Source: Acidobacteriota bacterium
GTDB lineage: Bacteria > Acidobacteriota > Terriglobia > Acidiferrales > UBA7541
Reading direction: 5' to 3'
Assembly: GCA_003223295.1 (NCBI GenBank)
Contig: QHYM01000103.1
Span: 6,581-70,580 of the forward strand
DNA: 64,000 nt
Every line of letters begins with the position of its first letter. The first letter of the stretch is position 1. This document shows positions 34,113 through 44,130 of this stretch, in pieces. A program made the translations under genes and the position numbers. The notes beneath the pieces were generated by a model. That model saw nothing but the letters and a program-made list of their open reading frames with translations. It searched no databases and was not told the DNA's origin.

Positions 34113-35645
34113 ATGGCGAATTTGCTCTACCAACAAATCGAGATGCTGAGCCGCGAGAAGCACATCGAGCCGGAAGTGGTGGTGTCGGCGATTGAAGATG
34201 CGATGGTGGTGGCGGCGCGGAAGTTTTATAAGTCGGAAGAAGATTTGCGCGGAAAGTTCAACCCGGAAACGGGTCAAGTGGATGTGTTCTCGGTGCACAC
34301 AGTAGTCGAGGAAGTGACCGACCCGAAGAAAGAAATCACGCTGACGGAAGCGAAGAAGAAGAATCCTTCTGCGGAGGTCGGAACGGAAATCATCACGCCG
34401 AAGCCGACGGACGTGCTGGGGCGCATCGCCGCGCAGACGGCCAAGCAAGTGATTTTGCAGAAAGTGCGCGAAGCCGAGCGCGACACGATTTTTAACGAAT
34501 ACAACGGCCGCGTGGGCGAGCTGGTTACGGTGATCGTGAAGCGCGCCGAAGGCCCGGACCTGATCGTGGATATGGGGCGGACGGAGGCGCGGCTGCCAAA
34601 GCGCGAGCAATCGAAGCTGGAGACTTACAACATCGGTGAACGCCTCCGCGTGGTGATCAAGGCCGTGGACCGCGCGGCAAAAGGGCCGCAGGTAATCGCA
34701 TCCCGGGCGGATGCCAGCCTGGTGCAACGGTTGTTTGAAATGGAAGTGCCCGAGATTTACGACGGCACGGTCCAGATCCGGCATGCGGCGCGCGAAGCCG
34801 GGGAGCGCACCAAAGTTGCGGTGATGAGCCGCGACAAAGACGTGGATCCCGTGGGCGCGTGCGTGGGCATGAAGGGCATGCGCGTGCAATCCATCATCCG
34901 CGAATTGCGCGGCGAAAAAATCGACATCATTCCGTATAGCGAAGAGACCGTGGCCTTCGCCCAAAAGGCGCTGAGCCCGGCGAAAGTGACGCGCGTGCAG
35001 ATCACCGATCCGGAGAACAAGAAATTGGAAGTGATCGTGGAGGATTCGCAGCTTTCGCTGGCGATCGGCAAGAAAGGGCAAAACGTCCGAGTGGCGAGCA
35101 AGCTGATTGGCTGGGACATCGATATTAAGAGCGAAGAAGAGAAGCGCCAGGAAATCGAAGAGCAGATGACCGCACTGACCGCGCCGGCAACGCCGCTGAC
35201 GTCATTGGCGGGCATTGGTGCAAAGACCATCGAGAAGATGGAGGCTGCCGGAGTGAATTCTGTGGAGAAGCTGGCTTCCATGACGCCGGAGCAATTGATG
35301 GAAATTCCGGGAATCGGCGAAAAGATGGTGGACAAGATCTACCAGGCCGTGAACCGCTTCTATGAGAGCGGTACGGAGGCGGCTCCCGCGGGTGAAGGCG
35401 CAGCGGCCGGAGAAACCACGGAGACAACCACAGAAGATGGCGAAGAAGGCGCGGCGGTAGATGCCGTAGAAGAAGGCTCGGCTGAAAGCACAGAGGCCGT
35501 AGAGGCAGCAGCGGAAACTCCGGCGGAGCAAGAGACGGCAGCGGCAGAGGCAGAGGAAACGACAACCGCAGAAGACACGCAAGCCGAAGCAACACCCGCT
35601 GATAAAGGCGGGACTGAACGAGCAGAAGAGGCCAAGTCAGAGTAA
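34113..35645 (+). CDS. nusA: transcription termination/antitermination factor NusA (with acidic low-complexity C-terminal tail)
   Basis: NusA N-terminal domain, S1, KH1/KH2 (LAIGKKGQNVRVASKLIGWDIDI), an HhH repeat, then an E/A/T-rich tail of about 90 aa. Confidence 0.95.
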   Translation: MANLLYQQIEMLSREKHIEPEVVVSAIEDAMVVAARKFYKSEEDLRGKFNPETGQVDVFSVHTVVEEVTDPKKEITLTEAKKKNPSAEVGTEIITPKPTDVLGRIAAQTAKQVILQKVREAERDTIFNEYNGRVGELVTVIVKRAEGPDLIVDMGRTEARLPKREQSKLETYNIGERLRVVIKAVDRAAKGPQVIASRADASLVQRLFEMEVPEIYDGTVQIRHAAREAGERTKVAVMSRDKDVDPVGACVGMKGMRVQSIIRELRGEKIDIIPYSEETVAFAQKALSPAKVTRVQITDPENKKLEVIVEDSQLSLAIGKKGQNVRVASKLIGWDIDIKSEEEKRQEIEEQMTALTAPATPLTSLAGIGAKTIEKMEAAGVNSVEKLASMTPEQLMEIPGIGEKMVDKIYQAVNRFYESGTEAAPAGEGAAAGETTETTTEDGEEGAAVDAVEEGSAESTEAVEAAAETPAEQETAAAEAEETTTAEDTQAEATPADKGGTERAEEAKSE

Positions 35646-35661
35646 GTATCGAACGGAGCGC

Positions 35662-38586
35662 ATGAGCGACGCGAATCAAGTCCGAATCAACGAGCTGGCG
35701 CGCGAACTAGAGGTCAAAGCCAAGGCGATCATTGACCTTCTGTCTGGCTTTGGTGTCACCGAAAAGAAAACGCACTCGAGCTCGATTCCCGCCGACGTCG
35801 CGGAGAAGGTCCGCAAAAAGATTCAGGGAGTTGCGGAAGCCGAAGCGCAGGCGGAAGCGGCTGCGAAGGCTGAAAAAGAGGCCAAGGAAGCTGCAGCGAA
35901 GGCTGCGCGGATGCGGCCTCCCGCGGCTGCTGCGCCTCCGCCGCAAGCTCGGGTGGCCCCTGCGGCTGCGGCCGCGAAACCGGCCGCGCCGACCGCACCT
36001 GCTGCCGCAGCCATGCCTGCGGCTCCGCCAACGCATGCTGCTCCCGCACCTGCTCCGACTGCCGCGCCGGGCGCTCCGAAAATTGTTCCTAAAGCGCCAG
36101 CTCCGGCAGCGCCTACAAGTGCGCCAGCCGCCACGAAGCCCTCCGCACCACCGGCTCCGACACCAATTCGTCCCGCAGCGCCGTCCGTGCAGCCTGGAAG
36201 TGCACCGGCTCGGCCTGCAGCCACAAGTCCGGCGAGCACACAGCCTTCTGCAGCACGGCCTGCGGCTGCGGCGCCTGGTACTTCGCCCGCGCGCCCCGGC
36301 GCACCCGCGAGGCCCGGTGGACCCGTGCGTCCAGCGGCACCAATCCGCCCTACTGGAAATCGTGGTCCTCTGCCGACAGGAAATCGCGGACCATTGCCGG
36401 ACATATCGCGCGAGCGCCCGAGTGGCCCGCGTCCCGGACAGCCGATTCGTCCGCAGCAACAAGGCCAGGGCAGACCAATGGGACGGCCGGGCGGTCCCGG
36501 CGGAGACTCATCGAGGCCTTTTGAGCACCGGCGAGGGCCGATGCCGACCGGCACACGTCCCGGGCCGCGCGCGCCCGGACGTCCGGGAATGTTGCCGCCG
36601 CTCCCGGACAAAATGCCGCCGAAGGCGGAACCCGGAAAGCCGCTTTACGCGCGCAAGACTCCAACGCGCCAGCGCCCGGCGATTGACAAGCGGGAGATCG
36701 AGGGAGAGCGCAAGCTGCACCCGACGCGCCTGCGACAGGGGGCGGGCCGCGGTGCGGCTGCTGCTGCGGTTATTGCACCTCCGGAACCGCGTCCGCCGCG
36801 CGAAGTAACCATCACCGAAGGCATCACCATTCGCGAACTCGCGGAAAAGCTGGACGTGCGCGCAAAGGATCTTCTGAAGACGCTGCTGGACCGCGGCGTT
36901 TTTGCAAGCATTAACCAAGCCTTGGATGTGCCAACGGCGACAACGCTGGCGGAATCGTTCAGCGGAGTCGTGAGCGTCGTTTCGCTCGAAGAAGAAATGG
37001 TGCTGGAGGTTGCGAAGGAAGAAACGAAAGAGAGTCTGAAGCCGCGGCCTCCTGTCGTGACCGTGATGGGACACGTGGACCACGGGAAAACAAGCCTGCT
37101 GGATGCGATTCGCGAAGCGGACGTGGCGGCGGGAGAAGCGGGCGGAATCACGCAGCACATCGGCGCTTACAAAGTGGTGGTCAACGATCGCAGCGTGGTT
37201 TTTGTGGATACGCCCGGCCACGAAGCTTTCACGCGGATGCGTTCGCGCGGCGCGAAAGTCACGGACATCGTGGTGCTGGTGGTGGCTGCCGATGATGGCG
37301 TCATGCCGCAAACCAAGGAAGCCATCGACCACGCAAAAGCTGCGAATGTGCCCATCGTTGTGGCCGTCAACAAGATTGACAAACCGGAAGCGCAGCCGGA
37401 GCGCGTGAAGCGCCAGTTGTCGGACCTAGGCCTGATGCCTGCGGAGTGGGGCGGAGACACGGAATTCGTGGAAGTTTCGGCGAAGCAGAAAAAAGGCATC
37501 GACAAGCTGCTGGAAATCATTTTGCTGGTCGCGGATTTGCGCGAATTGAAGGCGAACCCGGATGCACCGGCGAGCGGCACCGTGCTCGAATCGCGCGTGG
37601 ACAAAGGGCGCGGGCCGGTGGCCACGGTGCTGGTTCAGAACGGCACTCTTAATGCAGGCGACTTTTTTATCTGCGGCTCGGTGTTCGGCAAAGTGCGCGC
37701 GATGTTCGACGATCGCGGGCGCACGGTGAAAGACGCGCCACCATCCACGCCCGTCGAAGTGTTGGGATTGCAAGGCGTTCCGGAAGCGGGAGACCACTTC
37801 CAGGTGACGGACGAAGCCAAGGCCCGCCATATCGTCGAATACCGCCAGAGTAAGCAACGCGACGCGGCCATGGCGCGCAGCAGCGGTGGGCGCATCACGC
37901 TCGACCAGTTACACGAACAACTCAAGGCGGGCGAAGTCAAAGAGCTGCCGATTGTTATCAAGGCAGACGTGCAGGGATCTGTGGAAGTGCTGAGCGAGAT
38001 GCTGCCGAAGCTTTCCACTGACCAGGTAAAGCTGAAGATCATCGGCTCGGGCGTGGGCGCGGTAACGGAAAACGATGTGTTGCTGGCGTCCGCTTCGGGA
38101 GCGATTGTCATCGCCTTCGGCGTGCGGCCGGACCGCAAGGCAGCGGACCTGGCGCAGCAGGAACACGTGGACATCCGCACGCACAACATCATTTACGAGG
38201 TCTCGGATGAGATTAAGAAGGCCATGGAAGGCCTGCTCGAACCGGTCATCACGGAGACCTACCTGGGCCGCGCGGAAGTTCGGAACACGTTCCGCGTGAA
38301 GGGCGCGGGCACGGTAGCGGGCTGCTACGTGGTCGATGGCATTCTAAAACGCGACGCGCAGGTGCGCGTGGTCCGCGATGGCACAGTGATTTACACTTCG
38401 AAGCTGAGCTCGCTGAAGCGCTTCAAGGATGACGCCAGCGAAGTGCGCACGGGCTTTGAATGCGGCGCAGGCGTGGCCAACTTCAACGACATTAAGGTAG
38501 GCGACGTCCTGGAATGCTTCAGCGTCACCAAAATGAGCGCCGCGGAAGCCGCCGGCCAGGCCAGCGCGCCTTCCGGCAAGAAATAA
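35662..38586 (+). CDS. infB: translation initiation factor IF-2
   Basis: 974 aa. A conserved N-terminus ([21 protein letters not shown]), a long Ala/Pro-rich region, a G domain ([28 protein letters not shown]) and the C-terminal IF2 domains. Confidence 0.97.
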   Translation: MSDANQVRINELARELEVKAKAIIDLLSGFGVTEKKTHSSSIPADVAEKVRKKIQGVAEAEAQAEAAAKAEKEAKEAAAKAARMRPPAAAAPPPQARVAPAAAAAKPAAPTAPAAAAMPAAPPTHAAPAPAPTAAPGAPKIVPKAPAPAAPTSAPAATKPSAPPAPTPIRPAAPSVQPGSAPARPAATSPASTQPSAARPAAAAPGTSPARPGAPARPGGPVRPAAPIRPTGNRGPLPTGNRGPLPDISRERPSGPRPGQPIRPQQQGQGRPMGRPGGPGGDSSRPFEHRRGPMPTGTRPGPRAPGRPGMLPPLPDKMPPKAEPGKPLYARKTPTRQRPAIDKREIEGERKLHPTRLRQGAGRGAAAAAVIAPPEPRPPREVTITEGITIRELAEKLDVRAKDLLKTLLDRGVFASINQALDVPTATTLAESFSGVVSVVSLEEEMVLEVAKEETKESLKPRPPVVTVMGHVDHGKTSLLDAIREADVAAGEAGGITQHIGAYKVVVNDRSVVFVDTPGHEAFTRMRSRGAKVTDIVVLVVAADDGVMPQTKEAIDHAKAANVPIVVAVNKIDKPEAQPERVKRQLSDLGLMPAEWGGDTEFVEVSAKQKKGIDKLLEIILLVADLRELKANPDAPASGTVLESRVDKGRGPVATVLVQNGTLNAGDFFICGSVFGKVRAMFDDRGRTVKDAPPSTPVEVLGLQGVPEAGDHFQVTDEAKARHIVEYRQSKQRDAAMARSSGGRITLDQLHEQLKAGEVKELPIVIKADVQGSVEVLSEMLPKLSTDQVKLKIIGSGVGAVTENDVLLASASGAIVIAFGVRPDRKAADLAQQEHVDIRTHNIIYEVSDEIKKAMEGLLEPVITETYLGRAEVRNTFRVKGAGTVAGCYVVDGILKRDAQVRVVRDGTVIYTSKLSSLKRFKDDASEVRTGFECGAGVANFNDIKVGDVLECFSVTKMSAAEAAGQASAPSGKK

Positions 38587-38613
38587 CCGCCGAGCTTTTC
38601 TCCGGAGCCGCAG

Positions 38614-38895
38614 ATGCCAGTCGGCTTGCTCACCCTCGAGCTGCACATCCCAGACGCACAATCGCTGAAGGACAAGCGCCACGTGCTGCGCAGCTTGAAG
38701 GACCGATTGAGGCGGGATTTCAACGTGGCCGTGGCGGAACTCGAGCATCACGATACTTGGCAGCGATCGGTCGTGGGCGTGGTGACCATTTCGAACGAAG
38801 AGAAGCACGTGAATGAAGTGCTGCAGAAAGTCCTGGACGAGGCGGACGGAATCCTCGGCTCGATATTAATCCATCAAGCGGTGGAGATTATTTAG
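38614..38895 (+). CDS. DUF503 family protein (YlxP-like)
   Basis: 93 aa. LELHIPDAQSLKDKRHVLRSLKDRLRRDFNVAVAE is the DUF503 signature, in the typical position between infB and rbfA. Confidence 0.85.
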   Translation: MPVGLLTLELHIPDAQSLKDKRHVLRSLKDRLRRDFNVAVAELEHHDTWQRSVVGVVTISNEEKHVNEVLQKVLDEADGILGSILIHQAVEII

Positions 38896-38916
38896 GAAGC
38901 ACCGCGGGAAACGCAG

Positions 38917-39282
38917 ATGAGTTCCACCAATCATCGTCACGAACGCGTGGGCGAGGAAATCGCTCACGAAATCAACGCCATGCTGGCGGGAGAATTGAAG
39001 GATCCGCGGCTGGAGGGCAGCGTGGTCGCCAGCGAAGTGCGCGTGCAACCGGACATGAAGCATGCGCGCGTGTTCATCAGCGCGAAAGGGACGAGCCAGG
39101 AGCAGACCGATGCCATCAAGGCTCTGGAACATGCAGCAGGATTTATCCGTCGCGAACTTGTTGAGCGTTTGCAGCTTCGCCGGCTGCCGGAATTGCACTT
39201 CGCCTTGGACTTTTCCGAACAACACGTCGAGCGTATCGAGCAACTCTTGAAGGAAATGAAGAAGGACAAGCCGGGGAAGTAG
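38917..39282 (+). CDS. rbfA: ribosome-binding factor A
   Basis: RVGEEIAHEINAMLAGELKDPRL...VRVQPDMKHARVFI...ELVERLQLRRLPELHF. Confidence 0.92.
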   Translation: MSSTNHRHERVGEEIAHEINAMLAGELKDPRLEGSVVASEVRVQPDMKHARVFISAKGTSQEQTDAIKALEHAAGFIRRELVERLQLRRLPELHFALDFSEQHVERIEQLLKEMKKDKPGK

Positions 39283-39408
39283 TCAATTATCCCAGTAGCC
39301 AGTCAGCCGCAGGACGAGAATTTACGGGAATAGTTTTGGTTGGGCTCAACTTGCGATTACTTTTGATTGGAACTGATACCTGACGCCTGACGACTGCTTA
39401 CTTTTCGT

Positions 39409-40383
39409 ATGCCACGCCAGCCACAACCGGCGCCGTTTGACGGCGCGCTCGTCATCAACAAGCCCAAAGGAAAAACGTCGCACGACGTCGTGGATGCCGT
39501 GCGCCACCTGGCGGGGTTTCGGCAAATCGGGCATTTGGGCACATTGGATCCGCTGGGAACGGGAGTCTTGGTGTTGCTGCTTGGGCGGGCGACGCGGCTC
39601 GTGCGCTTCTACTCGGGCAGGAGAAAGCGTTACGCGGCGGGTTTCCGCTTCGGGTTTGCGACCGATACCTACGATTCTGACGGTGAAGCACAAGGCCCGG
39701 ACACGGCGCCGGCACTCGAGCCCGCCATCCTCGAGAGGCTTGCGGCGGGGCGCATCGGGCAATTCGAACAGATGCCGCCTGTATTTTCCGCCAAGAAAGT
39801 GGGAGGCCGCCCTGCATACGAGCTGGCGCGAAAAAAACAAGACGTCGCGCTGAAGGCCGTCCCCGTAGAAATCTACGAATACCAGCTGACGGGAATTGCA
39901 GGCAGCATCGCGCGTTTTGTCATCGAGTGCTCTTCCGGCACGTACATCCGTTCGCTGGCGCATGAAATGGGACAAAAGCTAAGCTGCGGGGCGCATCTGG
40001 CGGAAATCACGCGCACGGCCGTGGGAGAATTCTCCATAGAACAAGCGATTGCGTTGGAGGAGCTTGCAGAGGCGAGCCGCGAGGGACGCTTTGAAAGCTG
40101 CCTGATCAAGATGGAAAACCTGCTGCCCAATTTCCCGCGCATCAATGTTTTGCCGGTGATCGAAAGGCGCGTGCGCCACGGCTCGAAGTTCAATATTTCT
40201 GTTTCGCAACTGCAGCCCGGACGGGTGGAGACCCCTCCCGGCGCGACCGCGGAACTCGATGGCGGGCCACCGAAAGCTCCGCGGCTGCGCATCTTCAACC
40301 AGCAGGACAAATTGATTGCCATTGCCGAAGCCGTGGTGCCGCGGACGTACCAACCCGTCGTGGTGTTCGAACCGCTGCCCTAG
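39409..40383 (+). CDS. truB: tRNA pseudouridine(55) synthase
   Basis: GALVINKPKGKTSHDVVDAVR...GHLGTLDPLGTGVLVLLLGRATR (catalytic Asp motif) and a C-terminal PUA-like region. Confidence 0.93.
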   Translation: MPRQPQPAPFDGALVINKPKGKTSHDVVDAVRHLAGFRQIGHLGTLDPLGTGVLVLLLGRATRLVRFYSGRRKRYAAGFRFGFATDTYDSDGEAQGPDTAPALEPAILERLAAGRIGQFEQMPPVFSAKKVGGRPAYELARKKQDVALKAVPVEIYEYQLTGIAGSIARFVIECSSGTYIRSLAHEMGQKLSCGAHLAEITRTAVGEFSIEQAIALEELAEASREGRFESCLIKMENLLPNFPRINVLPVIERRVRHGSKFNISVSQLQPGRVETPPGATAELDGGPPKAPRLRIFNQQDKLIAIAEAVVPRTYQPVVVFEPLP

Positions 40384-40421
40384 GCAGTTCGATCAAACAC
40401 ACAGCCCTTCAGGCAATTTAG

Positions 40422-40444
40422 TTGAGAAGAGTTCCACTTCTCAA
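40422..40444. terminator. hairpin between convergent truB and the secretin gene (possible bidirectional terminator)
   Basis: TTGAGAAG-agttcca-CTTCTCAA. The flanks are only weakly T/A-rich. Confidence 0.35.
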
Positions 40445-40489
40445 ACTATTTGCAAAGCTGCGGAAACGCCACTGCCGCTCAGAGATTAT

Positions 40490-43400
40490 TTACAGCTGTT
40501 GTGGCTGTGGTTGCTGTGGCTGCTGTTGAGGCGGCGGCTGAAGCGGCGGTTGAGGTTGTGGTTGTTGAGGCGGTGGCGGCGGTCCCGGAGTCCCCCGGAA
40601 TCCTGGGCCAGCGGCACCGCGGCCGACATCGCCGCGACCTGCGTAGATCGTCCGTGTTAGATGATCCGCGAGCCGCAATCTGCGGGGAGTGACCACAATC
40701 AACAACTCGGTGTCTTGCAGGGATTGGCTTTTTGAGCTGAACGCATATCGTATGCCGGGGGTCTCCCCGAACCCCGGCAAGCCAACGATCGAGCGAGTCT
40801 CTTCTTTGTCCATCATCCCGCTAAGGAGCGTCGGTTCGTTTTCTTTCACGCGCACGGTTTGCGACAGCGTACGGTTCGAAAGAATGGGAATGCCGTTGAC
40901 GTTGGTGCCGGAAAGCGCGCGGATTTCGAATTCCAGCTGCAGAGTCACTTCGCTATTGGGATGGAGCGTCGGTGTGGCCTTAATCTTCAAGCCCAGATCC
41001 ACATATTCGGAGGCGGGGTAAGGCTGCTGTGCGACTCCAGGAGCCACGCCGTTGGCAAACAGACTTGCCGGACTCAAGACCACAGTGATATCGCCGGCCG
41101 CTCCCGACACATTGTTGGTGATGGCCACGTCCGGAAATACGCCGGTCGCGAAGGTGCCGGTGACGATTGCGGTTGGCGTGGAACCGGCAGGTCCAGCGGG
41201 AGGTTCGAAGGCCAAGCTGAATAGCCCTTTCGAGAGGCCCACAAAGACCCGAAAGGTGTTGGCTCCTCCGTTCGTCACGGCAAGATCCGGGATCCCATCT
41301 TGATTGAAGTCCGCGATGGCAACGCCGGTTGGGGATGCTGCGGTTTGCAGCGGTGAACCTGTTGCCGCCGCAAAAGTGGCGTCCCCATTGTTCAACAACA
41401 CGCTGACGGTGTTATCGGTTTGGTTCACGACCGCAAGGTCCGGTTTGGAGTCCCCGTTCAAATCACCTGAGGCAATCGCCACCGGCCCATTGCCAACGCC
41501 TGATGAAATCGGCGAACCGGTGGCTTCGGTAAACGTGCCGTCGCCATTACCCAAGAGAATCGTCACGTTGTTGGTCGTCTGATTTGCGATGGCCAGGTCC
41601 TGGTTCCCATCGGAATTGAAATCGTTCACCGCCATCGCCACGGGACCTCGCTCGGTTGCAGAGATCGGCGTGAAAGTGAATTGTTTTTGCGCAGTCAGAG
41701 GTGTGGCGCCGGAGTCGGTCACCGTGACAGTGAATGTGAAACTTGGCGGCGTTGTCGTGGTGGATGTCGGGGTTCCGGTGATTTCGCCCGTCGTAGGGCT
41801 CAAACTCAAGCCAGTAGGCAGTGAACCAGCGGAAACGCTCCAGGCAAAAGGAGTCGTTCCTCCCGTAACGGTCAATATCTGGTCGTAGGGGGTTCCGATG
41901 CTTCCGTTGGGGAGCGAAGCCTTGGAGATCGCGAAAGTGGGAGCTGCAGCATTGATGACCATGCTGAGCGCGGTTGTGACGGAATTCGGAGGAGTGGCGG
42001 AATCGGTTACCTTCACGGCGATGGGCGAAGTTCCCGCCGCCGTCGGCGTGCCGGTGATGGCCCCAGTGCTGGGACTTAAAGTCAGGCCCGCAGGGAGGGT
42101 CCCCGTCGCAAGGCTCCAGGTCACCGCACCAGTTCCCCCCGCGGATTGCAGAGTAGCGCTGTAGGGTGCATTCAAAACGCCGTCGGGCAGAGACGTGGTG
42201 CTAATGGCAAGTTGCTGTGCGAGAAAGAAAGGAGAGTTTTTCGCGGCGGTAAATTTGCCTGTGCCGTCGCCAAGAAAAATGGAAATCGAATCATCAGCTT
42301 CGTTGGCTACGGCGAAATCCTGTTTTCCGTCGCCGTTGAAGTCCCCCGTGGCAATCGCAGTGGGATTGAAGCCTACAGGAATGGCGGCCGGTTTCTGAAA
42401 TGTGCCGTCACAATTGCTGATGAGCACGTTCACTACGTTCGCGAGGGGATCGCTGGCGACTAAGTCGTGGCATCCGCTGGCAGTGAATGTGGCCGAAGCG
42501 ATTCCAGGATGGGTTGCCGGGGCTGCGGCGCGCGCAATGCCAAGCGAAATGGGCGAACCCGTGGCCTGGGCAAATGTCCCTTGACTGGAGTTTTGGTTCA
42601 CCAGAATTGTGACCGAGTTATCCACTTCGTTGACGGCAGCCAAGTCCAAGGCACCGTTATTCAGAAAATCAGCGGCCACCAGCGCGACAGGTCCAACGCC
42701 CGCCGGAAACGAAGTGCTTGGGAAGGGGTTGCTCGCCCCGCCCGGATTTGGCGTAAAGGTAGAGCTGCCCAAACTGCCGGAGAGCAAGGAAAGCGTGACG
42801 GGGAATCGCTGGCCCACGAAGAAAGTAGCGGGCTTTCCGTCCTGCGCGCGCAAGAGGACCTGGCGGCCGCTCTGCACCAGCGAGAGCGCGTCGGAGAAGT
42901 CCGCGGCGACTGCAGGGAGAGTCAGGAGAAAAGTGGACTGGCCCCCGCCAATGGCCACGACTGGAGGAATCAGCGAACTGAGCGACGTCGCCCCGCCGCT
43001 CGCGCCACTTCCAAAGATTCCCGCAAGCAGCGTTTCGAGCGCCGACAGATTGCTCGCCTGGGTCACTAGGCTGATCAAGTTGGGGGGAATACTGAATAAT
43101 CTTAGCTTGGTTGGAGGTTCGATACCCAGCTTCCTTGCCGTGTTGCGGTCCACCTCCAGCAGCTCAATTTCGAGCATCAACTCTCCGCGAGCTCTTTCAA
43201 TCTGCTGAATCAGCGCGCCGGTGAGTGCCAGCCGCTCCGGAGTATCGCGCATCGTGATGCTATGCGCATTCGAATCGAGGTCGATGTGTGTTGAGGCAGT
43301 GATATCGCGCACGATGCGAAGGACTTCGGTGGCATCCTCGGAACTAATTGCGGAAGAGAGAGGAAAAGTCTGCTTTGCCTCCAAATCATATTGCCTGCGT

Positions 43401-44122
43401 TTTTCCGGCGCGTCCGCGGCGACAAACATCAGAGTGGCATTCAGCGGGCGCCAGAAGGTTCCTGTTTCCGCGGCGAGGACAGTAGCCGCGTTCTTGAAAT
43501 CCACGTCGTTGATGTTCAGGCGTACGTTTTTGACGATCAGGTCGGGATCGAAGGTGGCCCGGATGCCAAAAATACTCGCCAATTGCTCGTATACGGTCTT
43601 GGTGTCTCCCCGCAGGTCGAGGTTGCGCTTGCCAGCTTGCGGTTTCAATCGGGGCAGGCCGGAAATCTCTGGCGCAGCTTGCGGCCCGGCTTCAGCTTCC
43701 ATGCTTTTTATTTGGCGCAATCGCTCCAGGACATTGGCGTTTGCGGGGTCGATTGCCAGCGCCGCGGCAAGATCTTCTGCCGCCTGGTCAAACCGGCCGG
43801 CTAACGCATCGCGTTCCGCCGCATCCGCGTACGTGCGGACCAGTTTCGAGCGCTGAGCTTCGGCGCGGGCGGCGAAGTGGATGTCCTGCGGGGCATAGCG
43901 CGCGGCTTCCTGGAAGGCCGCCAGCGCTTCCTCAAGACGGCCGGCCGCCTCGGCTTTCTCTCCCTGCTCGGCGGCCTTGCGCGCGCGCTTGGGATCGGGC
44001 CGCACGCGCTGGGGAGCCGTTTGGGGATAGCCTATTGTGAATGAAAGGAAATCGGACCAAAACAGTCCGGTTGACGCATGCCGCCAAAATGCGGTAAACT
44101 CGAATTTGTAGTTGCAAATCAT
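40490..44122 (-). CDS. secretin-family outer-membrane channel protein with TPR-like N-terminus, internal FG-GAP/VCBS propeller plus Ig-like insert, and a P/Q-rich tail
   Basis: 1210 aa. Secretin signatures are split between aa 312-445 (ELMLEIELLEVDRNTARKLGI ... ALSLVQSGRQVLLRAQDGKPATFFVGQRFPV) and aa 1039-1150 (YVDLGLKIKATPTLHPNSEVTLQLEFEIRALSG..NGIPILSNRTLSQTVRVKENEPTLLSGMM...VGLPGFGETPGIRYAF...ELLIVVTPRRL). In between lie 7 FG-GAP-like repeats (e.g. DFNGDGKQDFAVAN, DFNSDGNQDLAIAN, DLNGDSKPDLAVVN, DFNQDGIPDLAVTN) and two LP.G....PY...L...GG..P..W....G.LP.GL.L....G.I.GTP Ig-like modules. Confidence 0.85.
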   Translation of the reverse strand: MICNYKFEFTAFWRHASTGLFWSDFLSFTIGYPQTAPQRVRPDPKRARKAAEQGEKAEAAGRLEEALAAFQEAARYAPQDIHFAARAEAQRSKLVRTYADAAERDALAGRFDQAAEDLAAALAIDPANANVLERLRQIKSMEAEAGPQAAPEISGLPRLKPQAGKRNLDLRGDTKTVYEQLASIFGIRATFDPDLIVKNVRLNINDVDFKNAATVLAAETGTFWRPLNATLMFVAADAPEKRRQYDLEAKQTFPLSSAISSEDATEVLRIVRDITASTHIDLDSNAHSITMRDTPERLALTGALIQQIERARGELMLEIELLEVDRNTARKLGIEPPTKLRLFSIPPNLISLVTQASNLSALETLLAGIFGSGASGGATSLSSLIPPVVAIGGGQSTFLLTLPAVAADFSDALSLVQSGRQVLLRAQDGKPATFFVGQRFPVTLSLLSGSLGSSTFTPNPGGASNPFPSTSFPAGVGPVALVAADFLNNGALDLAAVNEVDNSVTILVNQNSSQGTFAQATGSPISLGIARAAAPATHPGIASATFTASGCHDLVASDPLANVVNVLISNCDGTFQKPAAIPVGFNPTAIATGDFNGDGKQDFAVANEADDSISIFLGDGTGKFTAAKNSPFFLAQQLAISTTSLPDGVLNAPYSATLQSAGGTGAVTWSLATGTLPAGLTLSPSTGAITGTPTAAGTSPIAVKVTDSATPPNSVTTALSMVINAAAPTFAISKASLPNGSIGTPYDQILTVTGGTTPFAWSVSAGSLPTGLSLSPTTGEITGTPTSTTTTPPSFTFTVTVTDSGATPLTAQKQFTFTPISATERGPVAMAVNDFNSDGNQDLAIANQTTNNVTILLGNGDGTFTEATGSPISSGVGNGPVAIASGDLNGDSKPDLAVVNQTDNTVSVLLNNGDATFAAATGSPLQTAASPTGVAIADFNQDGIPDLAVTNGGANTFRVFVGLSKGLFSLAFEPPAGPAGSTPTAIVTGTFATGVFPDVAITNNVSGAAGDITVVLSPASLFANGVAPGVAQQPYPASEYVDLGLKIKATPTLHPNSEVTLQLEFEIRALSGTNVNGIPILSNRTLSQTVRVKENEPTLLSGMMDKEETRSIVGLPGFGETPGIRYAFSSKSQSLQDTELLIVVTPRRLRLADHLTRTIYAGRGDVGRGAAGPGFRGTPGPPPPPQQPQPQPPLQPPPQQQPQQPQPQQL

Positions 44123-44130
44123 TTACAACT
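44110..44130. promoter_or_regulatory. 21-bp near-perfect palindrome, candidate metalloregulator operator
   Basis: AGTTGCAAAT-C-ATTTACAACT (10-1-10, one mismatch). It ends 9 nt before the GTG of the FTR1-like gene and is centred on the annotated ATG of the divergent secretin ORF. Confidence 0.5.

Noticed and set aside
35880-36620. Highly repetitive Ala/Pro-coding DNA in infB, and the E/A/T-rich tail of nusA (about 35380-35645).
   Set aside because: These are in-frame low-complexity linkers. A variable N-terminal region is normal for IF-2, so these are not repeat elements or separate genes.
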